Source: an uncultured delta proteobacterium (GTDB taxonomy: Bacteria; Desulfobacterota; BSN033; UBA1163). Taken from it: a stretch of DNA of 64,000 nucleotides. The position numbers were made by a program, and so were the translations under genes. Under the pieces are notes generated by a model that made no database searches, was not told where the DNA came from, and saw only the letters and a program-made list of their open reading frames with translations. This document shows, piece after piece, positions 58,940 through 64,000 of this stretch. The first letter of the stretch is position 1. Each line of letters begins with the position of its first letter. The DNA is taken from positions 128,001 through 192,000 of the forward strand of contig CAWHBU010000003.1 in NCBI GenBank assembly GCA_963827685.1, in the 5' to 3' direction.

Positions 58940-59922
58940 TGAAGAAGATCATCGCCTTAGCAGAACATCGACAAGGAGAATTGCGAGATATAACATGGGA
59001 GGTTCTATCTAAAGGAAGACAATTAGCCGAGGGTATGGGTGCAGAGATCGAGGTCGCTCTTTTGGGCAAAGGTGTGAAGAAATTGGCAGAAGCCCTCAAA
59101 CCAAAAGCCAACAGGGTGCTTCTCATCGAAGATGACCGTCTTGAGGCCTTCAACTCAGAGACTTATCAGAAAGTCCTCACCCAACTGATCATAGAAAGGA
59201 AGCCATTTCTGACCCTGATCGGACACACGGCCATGGGAATGGATGTCGCTCCGGCATTAGCTGTTCAACTGAAGATGCCTATTGCCACAGACTGCATCGG
59301 GGTCGATGTGGCGGGAGAGACCTTTGCACTCACCCGTCAACTTTATGGAGGAAAGGTCAATGCAGCCGTTTCCTTCTTGAAGAGCGGGCCCTACATGATT
59401 ACCCTGCGGTCCGGTGGTTTTCCCGCAGTGGAAAAGGAACCTTTCCCAGGTGAAATCGTCACTGTTCCCTCTCCATTGACAGACGAAGGTCTGGCCAGAC
59501 GTTTTCTCCAGTATGTGGAGGCAGCAGTGGGTGAAGTGGATATCACCCAAGCCGATGTGTTGGTCTCCGTAGGAAGGGGAATTAAAGAAGCAGAGAATAT
59601 ACCGCTTGTAAAAGAGTTGGCCGATATGTTGGGAGCGGCGCTCTCCTGTTCCAGACCTGTTGTGGATAAGAAGTGGTTGCCTAAAGACCGTCAGGTAGGA
59701 ACTTCAGGCAAGACCGTGAAACCGAAGGTTTACATTGCCATTGGCATTAGTGGTGCTTTCCAGCATGTGGCAGGGATGAAAGGTGCGGGGACGGTGATCG
59801 CGATTAATAAAGATCCAAAAGCCCCTATCTTTGGTGTTGCCAACTATGGCATCGTGGCGGACTTGTTCAAGTTTGTTCCTGTTTTGAAAGAGAGGGTCAA
59901 AGAGCTCAAACAGAAAAGTTAA
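58939..59922 (+). CDS. etfA: Electron transfer flavoprotein alpha subunit
   Basis: [32 protein letters not shown]. Confidence 0.93.
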   Translation: MKKIIALAEHRQGELRDITWEVLSKGRQLAEGMGAEIEVALLGKGVKKLAEALKPKANRVLLIEDDRLEAFNSETYQKVLTQLIIERKPFLTLIGHTAMGMDVAPALAVQLKMPIATDCIGVDVAGETFALTRQLYGGKVNAAVSFLKSGPYMITLRSGGFPAVEKEPFPGEIVTVPSPLTDEGLARRFLQYVEAAVGEVDITQADVLVSVGRGIKEAENIPLVKELADMLGAALSCSRPVVDKKWLPKDRQVGTSGKTVKPKVYIAIGISGAFQHVAGMKGAGTVIAINKDPKAPIFGVANYGIVADLFKFVPVLKERVKELKQKS

Positions 59923-60033
59923 GAGTTCGCCTGCCTGCCGGTAGGCAGGGAGTTGGGAGTTCGGAGTCAAAACCTAACCACTACTAATTCTTCTAACGAT
60001 TTTCTCCGAACTCCGAACTAATCACTCCGAACT
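59916..60033. repeat. Tandem-heptamer hairpin (GAGTT/AACTC) with nested CCTGCCTGCCGGTAGGCAGG palindrome
   Basis: Opposed arrays overlapping etfA stop. Confidence 0.75.
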
Positions 60034-60048
60034 GGGATAGGGTTAGGA

Positions 60049-61203
60049 ATGGATTTTGAATTGACAGGAGAGCAGAAGGACATTCAGAAGGCTGCCAGGG
60101 AGTTCGCCCAGGGGGAGTTCGACAAGGAGAAGATCCTGGAGTGGGAGCAAAACCATACCTTTCCCAAGGAACTCTGGAAGAAGGCCTGTAAATTGGGGTT
60201 CGTAGGCATTCACTTTCCCGAGGAATACGGGGGCCAGGGTTATGGGATCACTGAAAATATCCTGATCGTTGAAGAACTCTGTCGGAAAGACTCCGGAGTC
60301 GGTATTGCTTTAAGCCTTGTTGATTTCTCCTCTGAGGTGGTCCTCCGCTTCGGGACCCATGAACAGAAGAAGAAGTATCTCATTCCGGTCACCAAAGGAG
60401 AATTTATCTCTGCCGGCGCCTACACAGAACCTGACCACGGGAGTGATATCACCCTGATGGCTACCACAGCGTTGAAACAGGGTGATTCCTTCGTGATCAA
60501 TGGGACAAAGACATTCATCACCAATGGAACGCTTGCAGACTTCTTCGTTGTTCTCTGCCAGACCGATTCCAATGCAAAACCCTCTTACCGCGGTCAATGC
60601 ACCATTCTCGTTGAAAAAGGGACAAAGGGGCTGGAGGCTACGGAGATCGCGCCTAAGATGGGCATCCGGATGACATCGACGGTTGAGCTCTCCTTCAATG
60701 ATGTCAAAGTTCCTTTGACCCACCTTCTGGGTAAGGAAAATAAGGGGTTCTATCAAGTTCTTGAATTCTTCGATGAGAGCCGGATTGAGATCGCTGCCCA
60801 GGCCCTTGGCATTGCTCAGGGAGCCTTTGATCGGGCCCTGGACTATGCAAAACAGAGAGAACAGTTTGGAAAGAAACTGGCCGATTTTCAGATCACCCAA
60901 CACAAGTTAGCGGATATGGCAACCAAGATTGAGACAGCCAGGCTCCTTGTCTACAAGGCTGCCTGGAACTATGACCAGAAGAGGATCGATCCAAAACTGA
61001 CCTCCATGGCCAAGATGTTTTCCGCGAAGACAGCGGTAGAGGTCGCTGATGAGGCCATCCAGATTTTCGGAGGTTATGGCTACATCACTGAATACGAAGT
61101 AGAGCGTTTCTATCGGGATGCGAAGATCACAGAAATCTATGAGGGTACGAAAGAGATCCAGAAGAATACGATCGCCTCTGCCTTGATTGGGAAATTGAAC
61201 TAA
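60049..61203 (+). CDS. Acyl-CoA dehydrogenase
   Basis: TEPDHGSD, NGTKTFITN, REQFG, GGYGY, IYEGT.EIQ. Confidence 0.93.
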   Translation: MDFELTGEQKDIQKAAREFAQGEFDKEKILEWEQNHTFPKELWKKACKLGFVGIHFPEEYGGQGYGITENILIVEELCRKDSGVGIALSLVDFSSEVVLRFGTHEQKKKYLIPVTKGEFISAGAYTEPDHGSDITLMATTALKQGDSFVINGTKTFITNGTLADFFVVLCQTDSNAKPSYRGQCTILVEKGTKGLEATEIAPKMGIRMTSTVELSFNDVKVPLTHLLGKENKGFYQVLEFFDESRIEIAAQALGIAQGAFDRALDYAKQREQFGKKLADFQITQHKLADMATKIETARLLVYKAAWNYDQKRIDPKLTSMAKMFSAKTAVEVADEAIQIFGGYGYITEYEVERFYRDAKITEIYEGTKEIQKNTIASALIGKLN

Positions 61204-61207
61204 ATAG

Positions 61208-61286
61208 GGTGACTCGTGACGGGTGTTGGTGAATGTTAAAACCTCAAAAAGGGTTTCGAATCACGACTCACGAATCACGATTCACG
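61208..61286. repeat. Tandem-heptamer hairpin (TCGTGA/TCACGA family)
   Basis: GTGACTC GTGAC ... TCACGAC TCACGAA TCACGAT TCACGG. Confidence 0.7.
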
Positions 61287-61303
61287 GAAAAGAAAGTACT
61301 ATT

Positions 61304-63562
61304 ATGAAGAGCGAAGAGATGAGAGAAGTCATTCCCGAAATCCTAGTCATCGGGGCCGGTATTGCAGGCATGCAAGCTGCTCTGGATATCGCCGACAAGG
61401 GGTTTAAGGTCCATTTAGTGGAGAAGGACACTTGCGTTGGGGGCCATATGGCCCAATTGGATAAGACCTTCCCCACCCTTGATTGCTCTGCCTGTATCAG
61501 CACGCCTAAAATGGTTGATACGGCGAATCATCCTAACATCAATCTTCTCACCTACTCAGAGATCGTTCGGGTTGAAGGAAAAGCTGGACATTTCAAGGTC
61601 ACGGTCAGAAAGAAACCCCGTTTTGTCGATGTAACCAAATGTACGGGTTGTGGTGACTGCGCCGCTCAATGCCCAGTCACCCTCCCCAACGAATTTGACA
61701 TGGGGTTAGGAAACAGGAAAGCAATCTATATCTCTTTCCCCCAGGCCGTTCCACTTAAATATACGATGGATCGCCGGGGGACTTCCCCCTGTACGGCTAC
61801 CTGCCCCCTCCACTGTAATGCCCAGGGCTATGTGGCCCTCATCTCCCAAGGCAAGTTTAAAGAAGCCCTTGAACTGGTGAGGGAGAAACTCCCCTTCCCG
61901 GGAATATTAGCCTATGCCTGTGCTCACCCCTGTGAAAGGGAGTGTAAGCGAATTGAAGAGGATCGTCCTATCTCCATCTGTCATCTCAAAAGGTTCCTCG
62001 TCGATCATGTTGAAGAACCTGAGTTTAAGTTTACGCCTCCCGAAGAAAAGGGAAAAAAGATAGCCATCGTGGGCGCAGGTCCGTCGGGACTCACCGCCGC
62101 ATATGATCTGAGAAAAATGGGTTACGGTGTCACCCTTTTTGAATCCAAAAATGAGTTAGGCGGTCTTCTCATCCACGGTTTCCCCTCCTATCGTCTTCCG
62201 AGGCAGGTGGTGGAAAAGGATCTCTCGGTGATCGATAAGATGGGAATAGAGGTCAAATGCAACACCCAGGTGGGAAAGGACATCTCCCCGGAGACACTCA
62301 CTCAATCCTATGATGCGATCTTTATCGCTGGTGGTATCACTGGAGTAGAATCCATCACGCGTGCCTTTAAGGGCCTAAAGAAAACGCGAAGAGGGACGAT
62401 TCAGGTCAATCCCATCTCCTTGGAAACCGCCGTGAAAGGGATCTTTGTGGGTGGAGATATGGTGACTGGTCCTGGGACCATTGTCGAATCCATGGCCCAG
62501 GGAAGGAAGGCTGCTGTTTCAATTGATCGATACCTTCGCGGAGAAGATCTGCTTCAAGGAAGGGAGTCCGAAGGAACACAAATCTCACCCTTAAGAAGCC
62601 TTCTTCCCTATTCGAAGAGAATGGAGCGAGAAGTCCTGCCCGATATGGTAAAACCACTCGTCGCCAGCATCACCGCAGAGGAGGCGATGGAGGAGGCAAA
62701 GCGTTGTCTCAATTGCGCAGGATGTTCGGATTGTGGAGAGTGTGCCAAGGCCTGTCAGCCCAAAGCCATCAATTATGGAATGAAAGAAGAGATCGTCGAA
62801 CTTCATGTGGGATCCATCATCCTCGCAACCGGTTTCGATCCCTTCAACCCGAAACTGAAACCCGAATTTGGATATGGCAAGTATCCCAACGTCCTTCATG
62901 GTCTTGAAATAGAGAGGCTCTGTTCTGCCTCTGGTCCAACCCAAGGTGAAATTATCATCCAGGGAAAGAAGCCCAAAGAGGTGATCTTTATTCACTGCGT
63001 TGGGTCGAGGGATAAGGCAGCGGGCAACGAATACTGCTCAAGGGTCTGCTGTATGTATACGGCTAAGCAAGCCCATCTCCTCAGGGATAAGATTCCGGAT
63101 GCCAATATCACCGTCCTCTATATGGATGTGAGGGCCTTTGGAAAAGGATTTGAAGAATTTTACGAGAGGGTCCAAAAAGAGAGGATCGTCTACAGAAGGG
63201 GAAATCCCTCTGAGGTTTATCGAAGAAACGGGAAACTGGTGGTCAGGGGCGAGGATACCCTCTTAGGAGAACCTTTTGAATTAGAAGCAGACCTGGTCGT
63301 CCTGGCCTCAGGACTCGTCCCCCGAAAGGAGGATAATCTTCTAAAAGACCTTCTCAAGTTGGAGAAATCCTCTGACCAATTTTATGCAGAGGCTCCAGGC
63401 CTCGATCCAATTGTAACGGGTGTGGATGGGATCTTCCTGGCAGGTTGTTGCCAGGGGCCCAAAGATATTCCGGACACAGTGGCACAGGCCAGTGGTGCAG
63501 CTTCAATGGCCTGCGCCTTTGTAGCGAAAGGAAGAGAAACAAAAGTTAAGAGTTCAGAGTGA
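61304..63562 (+). CDS. HdrA-like flavoprotein with inserted, internally shortened GltD-like module (HdrL-like)
   Basis: GAGIAG, DKTFPTLDCSAC, CVGSRD, CSRVCCMY, GPKDIP; insert CTATCP..ACAHPCE..GAGPSG. Confidence 0.85.
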   Translation: MKSEEMREVIPEILVIGAGIAGMQAALDIADKGFKVHLVEKDTCVGGHMAQLDKTFPTLDCSACISTPKMVDTANHPNINLLTYSEIVRVEGKAGHFKVTVRKKPRFVDVTKCTGCGDCAAQCPVTLPNEFDMGLGNRKAIYISFPQAVPLKYTMDRRGTSPCTATCPLHCNAQGYVALISQGKFKEALELVREKLPFPGILAYACAHPCERECKRIEEDRPISICHLKRFLVDHVEEPEFKFTPPEEKGKKIAIVGAGPSGLTAAYDLRKMGYGVTLFESKNELGGLLIHGFPSYRLPRQVVEKDLSVIDKMGIEVKCNTQVGKDISPETLTQSYDAIFIAGGITGVESITRAFKGLKKTRRGTIQVNPISLETAVKGIFVGGDMVTGPGTIVESMAQGRKAAVSIDRYLRGEDLLQGRESEGTQISPLRSLLPYSKRMEREVLPDMVKPLVASITAEEAMEEAKRCLNCAGCSDCGECAKACQPKAINYGMKEEIVELHVGSIILATGFDPFNPKLKPEFGYGKYPNVLHGLEIERLCSASGPTQGEIIIQGKKPKEVIFIHCVGSRDKAAGNEYCSRVCCMYTAKQAHLLRDKIPDANITVLYMDVRAFGKGFEEFYERVQKERIVYRRGNPSEVYRRNGKLVVRGEDTLLGEPFELEADLVVLASGLVPRKEDNLLKDLLKLEKSSDQFYAEAPGLDPIVTGVDGIFLAGCCQGPKDIPDTVAQASGAASMACAFVAKGRETKVKSSE

Positions 63563-63644
63563 TGAGTTAAGAGTTTAGAGTTATGAATGATGAGTTATAA
63601 ATCAATTATTTCACGAGTCACGAATCACGAGGCACGAATCACGG
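63542..63644. repeat. Heptamer arrays with non-matching arms (GAGTT-type left, TCACGA-type right)
   Basis: Left GAGTTAA/GAGTTCA units; right TCACGAG/TCACGAA units. Confidence 0.65.
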
Positions 63645-63651
63645 AGAAAAG

Positions 63652-64000
63652 ATGAAGATCGGCGTCTATATCTGTCATTGTGGGATCAACATTGCGGCGA
63701 CAGTAGATATCGAAAAGGTGAGGACATTTGCTCAGACCCTCCCCCATGTCGAAGTCGCCCGAAATTATCAGTATATGTGCTCGGATCCTGGCCAGGATTT
63801 GATTAAGAATGATATCAGAAACAATGGCATTGATCGGGTGGTGGTAGCGGCTTGCTCTCCTCGGATGCACGAACCCACTTACCGTAAGGCTGTCCAGTCG
63901 GCAGGACTCAATCCCTACTTTTTTGAAATGTCCAACATCCGTGAACAGTGCTCCTGGGTTCATACGAACAGAGAGGATGCTACGAAAAAGGCGATGGATC
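63652..64000 (+). CDS. hdrA: HdrA-family protein, N-terminus, truncated by window edge
   Basis: [42 protein letters not shown]. Confidence 0.9.
   Translation, partial: MKIGVYICHCGINIAATVDIEKVRTFAQTLPHVEVARNYQYMCSDPGQDLIKNDIRNNGIDRVVVAACSPRMHEPTYRKAVQSAGLNPYFFEMSNIREQCSWVHTNREDATKKAMD

Noticed and set aside
55529-63562. Selenocysteine recoding in the Fdh-like or HdrA genes
   Set aside because: ORFs are open with no in-frame TGA at the expected positions.
25684-63644. CRISPR array among the short repeats
   Set aside because: Units are 6-8 nt, tandem and inverted, with no unique spacers; no cas genes in the window.
1-64000. Avoidance of CYCGRG sites; tRNA/rRNA genes; integron integrase
   Set aside because: CTCGAG/CCCGGG sites are readily seen (not counted); no tRNA, rRNA or tyrosine-recombinase gene recognised.

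Overview
Anaerobic bacterial chromosome segment; gene content and dense intergenic palindromes suggest Desulfobacterota/Syntrophales-like (inference). 1-4.9 kb: accessory enzymes (LarA, CMD, haloalkane dehalogenase, PaaI). About 4.9-18.5 kb: mosaic defence/mobile island with an integron-type attC hit by IS1182, a cold-shock gene with an attenuator-like leader, an AvaI/BsoBI-type RM system, a truncated second MTase, an IS3-interrupted SIR2 gene coupled to a stand-alone DUF262 gene, and an AbiE TA bracketed by repeats resembling a ribonuclease gene 3' end. 18.5-64 kb: acyl-CoA catabolism (CoA transferases, Vor oxidoreductase, Liv-type ABC transporter with acyl-CoA ligase, thiolase/Hbd/ACAD), then an HdrD-like, phospho-signalling, HydC/D/B, NuoG-like, ETF, HdrA cluster. 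Top leads: (1) SIR2+DUF262 candidate anti-phage system; (2) intercistronic hairpins built from tandem 6-8-mers, one enclosing a four-helix-bundle gene while two same-family copies are empty; (3) a bifurcating-type HydBCD module whose A subunit has no visible catalytic site. All calls come from reading motifs; no database searches were run.
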